Below are positions 43,678 to 52,631 of a stretch of 64,000 bases of DNA, one piece after another. The first letter of the stretch is position 1. Each line of letters starts with the position of its first letter. The translations under genes were made by a program, and so were the position numbers. The DNA is taken from contig JAFODP010000004.1 in NCBI GenBank assembly GCA_017380635.1, forward strand, positions 86,828-150,827. The letters run 5' to 3'. Origin of the DNA: Bacteroidales bacterium (lineage in GTDB: Bacteria; Bacteroidota; Bacteroidia; Bacteroidales; UBA1402). Below the pieces are notes generated by a model, which saw only the letters and a list, made by a program, of their open reading frames with translations, made no database searches and had not been told where the DNA came from.

Positions 43678-44598
43678 ATGAAAACGAAAACTTTTGCCCT
43701 TTTGACAGTGATAATTGCCCTCGCAATGGGTCAAGTATATGCACAAAGTTCAAGCCTGCCCAGCCTGGACATGTCCAAAAATAAAATCATGGCTTCGCCT
43801 TCCGTTTCGGCCGACGACATCACTTGGCAACGCGATGTGTTCCGCATGCTTGATTTGAACGATAGCAAGAATGCGCCCTTGTATTTTCCGCCGCAACCCG
43901 ACGGCGAACGCCAGAACTTGTTCTCGCTGCTTTTTGAAAATGTGGCCCTCGGCAAGTTGAAAGTCTACGATTATCTGGACGGAAAAGAAGTATTCACCGA
44001 AGATTATCAAGTGAAATTCAACGAGTTGCTCGATCGTTTCTGGATTCCTTACGAAAAAGAACCCGATCCCAAGAGTCCGCAAGACACGCTCTACAAAGTG
44101 GAAACGGTGGACATTCCCAGCAACGAAGTAACGCTGTATTATATCAAGGAAAGTTATTATCTCGACCAAAGAACTTCGTCGGTAAAACGCAAAGTTTTGT
44201 GCTTCTGCCCCGTATTGGTGCGCGAAGACGAAACGGGCGAAACGCGTCGTTATCCTTTGTTCTGGGTGCCCTTCGATCAGGCGCGTCAGTTGCTTAGCAC
44301 GCACAGCCTCAGCACCAGCAATTACAACGCGGCCAGCCGTATGACCATCTACGATTATTTTATGCGTCATCAGTACAAGGGCGATATTTATAAGGTTTAT
44401 AATCTTCAGAACCAGAACATTATGAACTATTGCACTACGCCCGAAGAAATCGCTGCCGAACAAGCTCGTCTGGAAAAAGAACTCGACATGATGCTGAATG
44501 GTCTGTGGGAAGAATCGCACAAAGAGGCCATCGAAAGAGAAAATGCCGCCAAGGAAGAAGAAAATCAGAAAAAGTCTAAAAAAGAAGGACGAAAATAA
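43678..44598 (+). CDS. porN: T9SS PorN/GldN
   Basis: Start taken at the in-frame ATG at 43678 (MKTKTFALLTVIIALAMGQVYAQ). The ORF-track start at 43264 overlaps porM. 306 aa, in the GldN position with GldN-like content. Confidence 0.8.
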   Translation: MKTKTFALLTVIIALAMGQVYAQSSSLPSLDMSKNKIMASPSVSADDITWQRDVFRMLDLNDSKNAPLYFPPQPDGERQNLFSLLFENVALGKLKVYDYLDGKEVFTEDYQVKFNELLDRFWIPYEKEPDPKSPQDTLYKVETVDIPSNEVTLYYIKESYYLDQRTSSVKRKVLCFCPVLVREDETGETRRYPLFWVPFDQARQLLSTHSLSTSNYNAASRMTIYDYFMRHQYKGDIYKVYNLQNQNIMNYCTTPEEIAAEQARLEKELDMMLNGLWEESHKEAIERENAAKEEENQKKSKKEGRK

Positions 44599-44648
44599 TT
44601 GACATCGTCGCTTAGAAATAGTATCTTGCGGACAAATTCCAAAACGAT

Positions 44649-45725
44649 ATGAAAAACCATTATTGCGTCATTATGAGTGGCGGTATCGGCAGTCGTTTTT
44701 GGCCGGCCAGCCGCAGTTCTTATCCCAAACAGTTTCTCGACTTTTTCGGCACGGGCCGTTCGCTGATTCAACAAACTTTCGATCGCATCAAGAAAATTGT
44801 ACCGGTAGAAAACATCTTTGTCGTTACCAATCAACGATATAACGATCTCACGCTGGAGCAATTGCCAGAACTGAAACCCGAACAGATTCTTTTGGAACCC
44901 TGCCGACGCAATACCGCGCCTTGCATCGCTTACGCCGCGCATCATATTCACGCCATCAATCCGAATGCCAGCATGGTGGTAGCGCCTTCCGATCACCTGA
45001 TTCTGAAGGAAGATGAGTTTCTGAACAGCCTCAGCAATGGCCTGGATTTTGTATCGAAACACGATGTGCTGCTTACGTTGGGCATCAAACCCAATCGTCC
45101 GGAAACGGGTTATGGTTATATTCAGGCCAGCCATCAGAGTCTGGATGGTTTCACCAAAGTAAAAGCCTTCACCGAAAAGCCCAATTTAGAATTGGCCAAA
45201 GTCTTTTTGGAAAGTGGCGATTTTTATTGGAATTCAGGTATTTTCCTTTGGAATGTACAAAGCATCATCAAAGCCTTCAACGAATTCTTGCCCGAGGTGG
45301 CGCAAGCCTTCAACAACGGATTGTCGCTGTTCAACACGGAAAAAGAAAAAGCTTTCATCGACGAGATGTTTCCTTCTTGTCCCAATATTTCTATCGACTA
45401 CGGCGTGATGGAAAAGGCCAACAACGTTTATGTTCAAATGGGCGATTTCGGTTGGTCCGATCTGGGCACTTGGGGCTCGCTGCACGAACTTTCCGACAAA
45501 GATCAAAACGGCAATTCTATCTTGAAATGCAATGCACTTTGCTACGACAGCCACAACAATATCATCACCCTGCCCGAAGGTCAACTGGCCGTGGTGCATA
45601 AAATGGATGGCTACATCATCGCCTCATCCGGCAATGTGCTGATGATTTGCAAAAGAGAAAACGAACAGGAAATCCGTCAATTTGTGCAAGATGCCGAAAT
45701 CAAATTCGGCGAAATTTTTGTGTAA
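44649..45725 (+). CDS. Mannose-1-phosphate guanylyltransferase-like nucleotidyltransferase
   Basis: 358 aa. N-terminus CVIMSGGIGSRFWPASRSSYPKQFLDF is typical of GDP-mannose pyrophosphorylases. Confidence 0.85.
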   Translation: MKNHYCVIMSGGIGSRFWPASRSSYPKQFLDFFGTGRSLIQQTFDRIKKIVPVENIFVVTNQRYNDLTLEQLPELKPEQILLEPCRRNTAPCIAYAAHHIHAINPNASMVVAPSDHLILKEDEFLNSLSNGLDFVSKHDVLLTLGIKPNRPETGYGYIQASHQSLDGFTKVKAFTEKPNLELAKVFLESGDFYWNSGIFLWNVQSIIKAFNEFLPEVAQAFNNGLSLFNTEKEKAFIDEMFPSCPNISIDYGVMEKANNVYVQMGDFGWSDLGTWGSLHELSDKDQNGNSILKCNALCYDSHNNIITLPEGQLAVVHKMDGYIIASSGNVLMICKRENEQEIRQFVQDAEIKFGEIFV

Positions 45726-45728
45726 GGA

Positions 45729-46532
45729 TCAATCTTCCTCGCGACGAAGGCGCTTGCCGCTGGCATCTACCTCGACGGCGCGTTTACGCGAGAGTTCGAA
45801 ATTGACACCCAAGTAATTACGTCTTACGCTATCGTTGGCGGCCAATTCTTCGGGCGTTCCCTGGAATCGAATTTTTCCTTCGAAAAGCATATAAGCCCTG
45901 TCTGTAATGGACAGGGTTTCGCGTACATTATGGTCGGTGATGAGGATGCCGATATTCTTTTCCACCAAACTAGCCACGATAGATTGAATATCGTCTACAG
46001 CAATAGGATCGACGCCGGCAAAAGGTTCGTCCAACATGATAAATTTCGGACTGATAGCCAGACAGCGGGCAATTTCCGTACGACGACGTTCGCCTCCGGA
46101 CAAACGATCGCCCAAGTTTTTACGCACTTTATTCAGGTGAAATTCAGCAATGAGGCTTTCCATTTTCTCGCGTTGCTCTTCGGGCGACATATTGGTCATC
46201 TGCAACACCGAAAGGATATTGTCTTCGACCGTCATTTTGCGGAAAACGGAAGCTTCCTGCGCCAGATAACCGATGCCCGCCTGCGCACGTTTGTACACAG
46301 GATAGCCGGTAATATCGGTATCACCCAGGAAAATACGGCCTTCGTTGGGAACCACCAAACCGGCGGTCATGTAGAAAGTGGTGGTTTTTCCGGCACCATT
46401 CGGTCCTAAAAGTCCCACAATTTCGCCTTGTCGCAATTCGATGGAAACATGATCTACCACCGTGCGCTTATGATAACGTTTCACCAGATTTTCCGTTCTG
46501 AGAACCAAGCCGTTTTCCTGAATTTCTGCCAT
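45729..46532 (-). CDS. lptB: LPS export ABC transporter ATP-binding protein
   Basis: 267 aa. Walker [12 protein letters not shown], signature LSGGERRR, Walker [12 protein letters not shown]. LptB-type length and N-terminus. Confidence 0.9.
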   Translation of the reverse strand: MAEIQENGLVLRTENLVKRYHKRTVVDHVSIELRQGEIVGLLGPNGAGKTTTFYMTAGLVVPNEGRIFLGDTDITGYPVYKRAQAGIGYLAQEASVFRKMTVEDNILSVLQMTNMSPEEQREKMESLIAEFHLNKVRKNLGDRLSGGERRRTEIARCLAISPKFIMLDEPFAGVDPIAVDDIQSIVASLVEKNIGILITDHNVRETLSITDRAYMLFEGKIRFQGTPEELAANDSVRRNYLGVNFELSRKRAVEVDASGKRLRREED

Positions 46533-46721
46533 AACTGAATTTTTGCGCGAAGTTACATATTTCTAAGCGTTTTTGGGCAAAGATTCGAGCGATTTACACT
46601 CATTTTAGTAGTTTTCGACAATTGAGTCGCTGGGGAAAGATATAAATTTCCGAATTGTCCATGTGAATCATCTATTTTTTCATTTCTTTGTCGTACCTTT
46701 GTTTCAAATCAGAACAACATT

Positions 46722-49592
46722 ATGTCAATGAATACTTGGAAGAAAAATTTAGAGGAAACTAAACAGCACTACATCGATTGGTGGAACCATAAAGGTTTGG
46801 TGCTGAACATGTGGGAACATTTTCAAGAAGGTGTCAAGGCTCATGCCGATGTGGCAACTCCCGCTCCGGCCAAAGACCTGAATCAGAAATGGTTCGATGC
46901 CAAATGGAGAGCCGATTTCCTGGATTGGTACGTGGCACACAGCTGTCTGAAAGCCGATATGCTGCCGGTGGCCAATACACAATTGGGTCCCGGTTCGTTG
47001 GCAGCCATTTTGGGCGGACGTCTGGAAGGCGGCGAAGACACCATCTGGATACATCCCAATCCTGATTTCAAAGAAGATATCGTTCTCGACGAAAACAATG
47101 CTGCCTGGCAATTGCACAAGGAATTGCTGAAAATCTGCAAGGAAAAAGCCCAAGGACACTACTACGTGGGCATGCCCGACTTGATGGAAGGTTTGGACAT
47201 TTTGGCTGCCTTGAAAGGTTCCGACACCGTGCTCATCGACTTGTTGACGCAGGGCGAAGTGGTGGAAAAGCAATTGCAACAGATCAACGATATTTACTTC
47301 AAAGTATTTGACGAACTTTACGATATTATCCGCGAAGGCGACGAAATGGCTTTCTGTTATTTTTCTGCCTGGGCACCCGGAAAGATGAGCAAATTGCAAT
47401 GCGATATTTCCACGATGATCAGCGAAGAAGACTATCGTCGTTTTGTGCAGCCCTTCATCCGCGAACAATGTCAGAAAATCCCTTACACCATTTATCATTT
47501 GGACGGCGTGGGCGCGATGCGTCATTTGCCCGCTTTGCTCGAAATTGAAGAATTGAAGGCTATTCAGTGGACGCCGGGTGTAGGCGAACCGCAAGGCGGT
47601 TCGCCCAAGTGGTACGACCTTTACAAACAGATTCTGGCCGCAGGCAAGAGTATCATGGCTTGTTGGGTCACCATCGACGAGTTGCGTCCTTTGCTCGATG
47701 CCATCGGCATTGAAGGTGTTCATCTGGAAATGGATTTCCACAACGAAGCCGAAGTGGAAGAAGCCATGAAGATAGTAGAAGAATATCGTCAGAAAGCGGC
47801 AGAAAAGAAAGCGCTGGAAGCCAAGCAAGCTGCCGAAACTAAACACGTTTGCCAATGTCAGGCTAGCGAAAGCTTCGAGATAGTACGTGAGGCGCCACAG
47901 GAAAAAGCTGCCATCACCGATTATATGAAGGAACGCGTGTTGGTAATGGACGGCGGATTCGGCACCACTTTGCAAGAATATCATCTGACGGAAAAAGATT
48001 TCCGCGGCAATTTGTTCGCCAAACATGCCAAAGATTTGAAAGGCTGCAACGATGTGCTTAGCCTGAGCAACCCCAGTTTGGTGGCCGATGTTCATCGTCG
48101 TTTCGTGCAAGCCGGTGCCAACATTATCTCTACCAATACTTTCAATGCGCAAGCCGTTTCATTGAAACCTTATCAATTGGACGACAAAGTGCGAGAAATC
48201 AACTTGGCGGCAGCCGTTATCGCGCGTAGCGTTGCCAACGAATATCATTGCAAGGAATATCCTGTTTATGTGTTCGGTAGCATGGGCCCGACGGAAAAAT
48301 GCATCGAATTGAACGAAATTGCCCGCGAAGATTTGCTCAAGGCTTATCGTGAACAAGCCGAGGCTTTGATGTTGGGTGGCGTGGATGCCTTTATCATCGA
48401 AACGATTTTTGATGCCGAAAATGCCTTGATCGCCTTGCAAGCTTGCCGCGAAACCATGGAGAAATTCCAAAGACAATTGCCTGTTTGCATGAGCTTTACC
48501 TTGAAAGATCCCAAGGGATTGAACATGATGGGTCAAGATCTTTTGGCTTATATGAAAGCGCTTCCGCGCGACATCGTTACTTGCGTTGGTTTGAACTGTT
48601 CTTTGGGCGCCGAACAAATGATTCCTTTCCTGAGAAAGATGGCGGCCGAATTGCCTTTCTACATTTCTGCTTATCCCAACGCCGGTTTGCCCAACAAAGA
48701 CGGCAAATACGATCAGACGCCCAAGATGATACAAGCTGCCGTTTGGCCGCTGATTGCCGAAGGCATTGTCAATATGATTGGCGGTTGCTGCGGCACCAAC
48801 GACGAACACATCGAACATATTGCGCGTTTGGTTGCCATCGACGAAGATTTGTGGATGAAGCCGCATGTCATTCCCGAAACAGCCAAGCAAGCCAGTGCAC
48901 AAGTCACTGAAAACAAGACTACAATCAATTCAAAAACTAACAATAAACAAACTACTATGACCAACGATTTGTTATTCCAAGCCATTCTGACGGGTAAATT
49001 GCCCGAAGCCGAAAAGGCCACTCAAGAAGCTATCGACGCAGGTTTGTCGCCTCAGGAAATCATTAACGGACAGATGATTGCTGCTATGAGCGAAATCGGC
49101 CAACGTTTCCAAGACGGTAAAGCTTTCGTTCCTCAATTGCTGATGGCTGCTCGCGCCATGAAAGGTGCCATGCAACTTTTGAAGCCTTTGATGGAAGGTG
49201 CTGCTGTTGAAACTTTGGGTAAAGCCATTATCGGTACCGTAAAGGGTGACTTGCACGATATCGGTAAAAACTTGGTTGCCTCTATGTTGGAAGGCTGCGG
49301 TTTCGAAGTAATCAACATCGGTATTGATGTTCCCGCTGAAAAATTCGTGGAAGCTGTTAAAGAACACAATGCCGACATCTTGGCTATGAGCGCTTTGCTT
49401 ACCACTACCATGCCTTACATGAAAGAAGTGATCGATGCTTTGGAAGCTGCCGGCATCCGTCAACAAGTGAAAGTAATGGTGGGTGGTGCTCCCCTCAGTC
49501 AGGAATATGCCGACGAAATCGGTGCCGATGGTTATAGCGACAACGCCAACAGTGCCGTTGCTTTGGCCAAGAGCCTGATGGGCAAAAACTAA
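46722..49592 (+). CDS. Three-module fusion: URO-D/MtaA-like barrel + homocysteine S-methyltransferase domain + cobalamin-binding (cap + Rossmann) domain
   Basis: 956 aa. Residues approx 398-705 form a Hcy-binding domain with Zn-ligand motifs VGLNCSLG and GGCCGT. Residues approx 746-956 form a corrinoid module with GDLHDIGKN (DxHxxG), MSALLTTT and VGGAP. Residues 1-345 are an unrelated domain with weak URO-D/MtaA-like features (GPGSLAAILGG, IYHLDGVG). No pterin-binding module lies between the Hcy and B12 domains. Confidence 0.8.
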   Translation: MSMNTWKKNLEETKQHYIDWWNHKGLVLNMWEHFQEGVKAHADVATPAPAKDLNQKWFDAKWRADFLDWYVAHSCLKADMLPVANTQLGPGSLAAILGGRLEGGEDTIWIHPNPDFKEDIVLDENNAAWQLHKELLKICKEKAQGHYYVGMPDLMEGLDILAALKGSDTVLIDLLTQGEVVEKQLQQINDIYFKVFDELYDIIREGDEMAFCYFSAWAPGKMSKLQCDISTMISEEDYRRFVQPFIREQCQKIPYTIYHLDGVGAMRHLPALLEIEELKAIQWTPGVGEPQGGSPKWYDLYKQILAAGKSIMACWVTIDELRPLLDAIGIEGVHLEMDFHNEAEVEEAMKIVEEYRQKAAEKKALEAKQAAETKHVCQCQASESFEIVREAPQEKAAITDYMKERVLVMDGGFGTTLQEYHLTEKDFRGNLFAKHAKDLKGCNDVLSLSNPSLVADVHRRFVQAGANIISTNTFNAQAVSLKPYQLDDKVREINLAAAVIARSVANEYHCKEYPVYVFGSMGPTEKCIELNEIAREDLLKAYREQAEALMLGGVDAFIIETIFDAENALIALQACRETMEKFQRQLPVCMSFTLKDPKGLNMMGQDLLAYMKALPRDIVTCVGLNCSLGAEQMIPFLRKMAAELPFYISAYPNAGLPNKDGKYDQTPKMIQAAVWPLIAEGIVNMIGGCCGTNDEHIEHIARLVAIDEDLWMKPHVIPETAKQASAQVTENKTTINSKTNNKQTTMTNDLLFQAILTGKLPEAEKATQEAIDAGLSPQEIINGQMIAAMSEIGQRFQDGKAFVPQLLMAARAMKGAMQLLKPLMEGAAVETLGKAIIGTVKGDLHDIGKNLVASMLEGCGFEVINIGIDVPAEKFVEAVKEHNADILAMSALLTTTMPYMKEVIDALEAAGIRQQVKVMVGGAPLSQEYADEIGADGYSDNANSAVALAKSLMGKN

Positions 49593-49618
49593 CGCAGCCA
49601 ACAACTAACATACTATCG

Positions 49619-51553
49619 ATGAGAAGATTTTTATCAATAGGATTATGCCTATTGCTGTTCGCATGCCAAGGATGTTGCCAACAAACGACATCCGGCTTGC
49701 GAGAAGCAGAAAAATTAAATAGAGGGCTGATTGTCAGTGTTAATGCTGACAATACAGCCTTTCTTTCTTGGCGTCTGCTTTTGGACGACAAAGCAAATCA
49801 AGCTTTCGACGTGTACAAACGCATGGAGGGCGAAACCAGTTTCAACAAGCTGAACAACAAGCCGCTACGTCAAGGAACCAATTTCAGTGATGCCACGTAT
49901 CAACGCGGTAAAGCTTGCGATTATTGCGTATTGCCCGCAGGCACAAAGCCAAACGACAAAAACATAGAAGCAGGAAGCCTCTTTCATCTGGAAGCACAAC
50001 AGAGGGCTAAAAATTACCGCAGCATTCCTTTGCAAACGCCCGAAGGTTATCGTCCGGGCGATTGTTCTTTGGGCGACTTGAACGGTGACGGACAATACGA
50101 AATCATCGTGAAACAAGAAAGCACGCCGCGCGACAATTCGCATGCGGGATTCACCGGACAAAGCAAACTGGAAGCTTATACCCTTGAAGGCCAAATGCTT
50201 TGGCGAGCCGACTTGGGCATCAACATCCGCGAAGGTGCGCATTATAGTCCTTTCCTGGTTTTCGACTTCGATGGCGACGGCAAAGCCGAAGTGGTGTGCA
50301 AAACCGCCGATGGCACCATCGACGGACAAGGCCATGTGTTGGGTGATGCTTCGGCCGACTGGCGTAACAAGCCGGAAGATCGTCCGGCCGGATATCAAGG
50401 AAAATTCTTCGAAGGTGTTATTATGAAAGGCCCTGAATATCTGAGCGTTTTCGACGGAGAAACAGGCGCCATCAAAGCCAATGCCAAATATATTCCGGCT
50501 CGTCATCCGGAAAAGGAAAATCCCAGCCCACAGGAAATGAGCGAAATTTGGAGCGACGGTTACGGCAATCGCAGCGAACGTTATCTGGCTTGCGTGGCTT
50601 ATCTGGACGGCGAACATCCCAGCATCGTCATGTGTCGCGGCTATTACAGCAAAACCGTGCTGGCTGCTTGGAATTACCAGGACGGCAAATTGGTACACCT
50701 TTGGACTTTCGATAGCGACGATGCAGCTCATCCTGAACACTTTGCATATCGCGGCATGGGCAATCACAACCTCAGCGTTGGCGATGTTGACAGCGACGGC
50801 TACGATGAAATTATCTACGGAAACATGGCGGTAGACCACGATGGAAAAGGTCTTTACACCACTGGCATCGGTCATGCGGACGCCATGCATTTGGGCGACC
50901 TCGATCCGCAGCGTCCCGGTTTGGAAGTATTCAATACCCAGGAACCCGTCGGTGCGTATGGCATGAATTTCCGTCAGGCCGGCAGCGGCGAAATCTATTG
51001 GAATGTGCCCACCGACAGTGTAGCTGTTTCTTACGAACGCAAACAACAAGGCCCCGGCAGAGCGGTAGCTTTCGACATCGACGAACGTTATCCCGGTGCA
51101 GAATGTTGGGTAAGAGGCGGTGGCATCAGCGGATTGTACACCTGCAAAGGCGAAAAAATTGCCGAACGCGCCCCCAGATCGTGCAACTTTGCCATCTACT
51201 GGGACGGCGACCTGCTGCGCGAATTGCTCGATGGTACCCGCATACAGAAATATCACTGGCAAGAATCAGATCTGGAAATGCTTTTCATGGCCGAAGGCTG
51301 TCGTTCCAACAACGGAAGCAAATCGACACCTTCCATCAGCGCAGACATCTATGGCGACTGGCGCGAAGAAGTGGTCTTCCCTACCCGCGACAACAAAGAA
51401 TTGCGCGTGTACACCACCACCATCCCGACAGACTATCGTCTGCCGAGTTTGATGTACGACCCCATTTATCGTTTAGGAATAGCATGGCAGAATGTCGCTT
51501 ACAACATTCCGCCACATCTTAGCGTAGACCTTGTTTCCAAGTTTCGTAAATAG
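49619..51553 (+). CDS. Rhamnogalacturonan lyase, PL11 (YesW-like beta-propeller)
   Basis: 644 aa with lipoprotein-type signal LLLFAC. Repeated Ca-binding FG-GAP-like motifs GDLNGDGQYEIIVK, FDFDGDGKAEVVCK and VGDVDSDGYDEIIYG. Confidence 0.8.
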   Translation: MRRFLSIGLCLLLFACQGCCQQTTSGLREAEKLNRGLIVSVNADNTAFLSWRLLLDDKANQAFDVYKRMEGETSFNKLNNKPLRQGTNFSDATYQRGKACDYCVLPAGTKPNDKNIEAGSLFHLEAQQRAKNYRSIPLQTPEGYRPGDCSLGDLNGDGQYEIIVKQESTPRDNSHAGFTGQSKLEAYTLEGQMLWRADLGINIREGAHYSPFLVFDFDGDGKAEVVCKTADGTIDGQGHVLGDASADWRNKPEDRPAGYQGKFFEGVIMKGPEYLSVFDGETGAIKANAKYIPARHPEKENPSPQEMSEIWSDGYGNRSERYLACVAYLDGEHPSIVMCRGYYSKTVLAAWNYQDGKLVHLWTFDSDDAAHPEHFAYRGMGNHNLSVGDVDSDGYDEIIYGNMAVDHDGKGLYTTGIGHADAMHLGDLDPQRPGLEVFNTQEPVGAYGMNFRQAGSGEIYWNVPTDSVAVSYERKQQGPGRAVAFDIDERYPGAECWVRGGGISGLYTCKGEKIAERAPRSCNFAIYWDGDLLRELLDGTRIQKYHWQESDLEMLFMAEGCRSNNGSKSTPSISADIYGDWREEVVFPTRDNKELRVYTTTIPTDYRLPSLMYDPIYRLGIAWQNVAYNIPPHLSVDLVSKFRK

Positions 51554-52577
51554 GAAACAGCTGTATAGGCGCATCGGTGTACCAGCCGTAACCATTGCGG
51601 CGTTCGTAACCGATTTCAGAAATATCATATTTAACAATACCGTCTCTGTCGGCACAGAAAGGACGGTTGGTATCCAGTTCGCAGAAGCGTCCCCATAGGT
51701 CGTTGCCTTTGGTGCTTTCTATCCAGATGCGGTTGCGCAAACCATCTGCATCAATTTCGTAAGAAACACGATGGTCGGTGATACGATTGGCCTCGAACCA
51801 AGCCATGGCGGCATGCACAGCTTCCTGAATTTCGGGAGAAGGATTGGGCAAACACATCAACAGACGAACGATACCTACCGATTCCGAACCGCTCAACGAG
51901 GGCAATTCATAAGCGCGTGCTTTGGCCGGAGCCAAGGTGAATTCGTCGTGTTGGGCGCACCAAACGGTCTTGACACCATTCTGCACATATTGCGTTTTCA
52001 GAATACAATCGATGGCACGATCGAAGGAATCCTGGATGCGCGCATACATTGCCTCATTGACAAAGGGGTCGAACAAAGCATCGTGTTGCAGGATATGCCA
52101 AAACAGCGTCAGCACGTTCACCATCGCGTTGTCGTTGTAGGTGATATGCGTGTAATAACCTTTATCGCGAGAGAATTGCTTGAAGCCGCCGTTTTCGTAT
52201 TGCAAGCTCAACATAAATTCCAATCCGCGCTTGAATGCTTTGATATAACGTTTGTCGGGATTTACTTGATATTGATGCGCCAAGAAAACCAACTCGCTGT
52301 ACGTAGCCTTGTTATCGATGGTAGATTCCGAAATTTGCGCACGAATTGCCTTGATTTGCTTACGTTCTTCGGGCGTCATTTCCTGACGATATTTGCGATA
52401 ATTTTTCGCCCAGCCACCATTGTTTCTTTGCAGCAACAAAACATTCTCTGCCACAATCATCGATTCGGGAGAACCATACCAATTGTCACGCGCGGGCAAA
52501 GAGCCTTTGTGTAAAGGCATGGCTGCCAAAGGCAACATCATCAAAAGCGCCAAAAGGCCCACAATCAATCTTCTCAT
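51519..52577 (-). CDS. Pectate lyase, PelA/Pel-15E family (PL10)
   Basis: 352 aa with a signal peptide. Motifs LLLQRNNGGW, TIDNKATYSELVFLA and WCAQHDEFTLAPAKARAYELPSLSGSES. Confidence 0.8.
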   Translation of the reverse strand: MRRLIVGLLALLMMLPLAAMPLHKGSLPARDNWYGSPESMIVAENVLLLQRNNGGWAKNYRKYRQEMTPEERKQIKAIRAQISESTIDNKATYSELVFLAHQYQVNPDKRYIKAFKRGLEFMLSLQYENGGFKQFSRDKGYYTHITYNDNAMVNVLTLFWHILQHDALFDPFVNEAMYARIQDSFDRAIDCILKTQYVQNGVKTVWCAQHDEFTLAPAKARAYELPSLSGSESVGIVRLLMCLPNPSPEIQEAVHAAMAWFEANRITDHRVSYEIDADGLRNRIWIESTKGNDLWGRFCELDTNRPFCADRDGIVKYDISEIGYERRNGYGWYTDAPIQLFPIYETWKQGLR

Positions 52578-52631
52578 TTTCGTTACGTTTTAATGGAAAC
52601 TTGCGTTTCCGGTTAGTATAAAAATCTCTCT

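Noticed and set aside
46533-46721. A cobalamin or SAM riboswitch upstream of the corrinoid-dependent methyltransferase fusion.
   Set aside because: The leader is only about 190 nt. It lacks a B12-box-like GCCACTG element and any obvious multi-stem architecture. Only a TACCTTTG -7-like box is present (46694-46701).
51519-51553. A 35-nt convergent overlap of the PL11 and PL10 coding regions.
   Set aside because: This is a plausible genuine tail-to-tail overlap with no further signal. The absence of a terminator between the genes is unremarkable, and no functional claim is possible.
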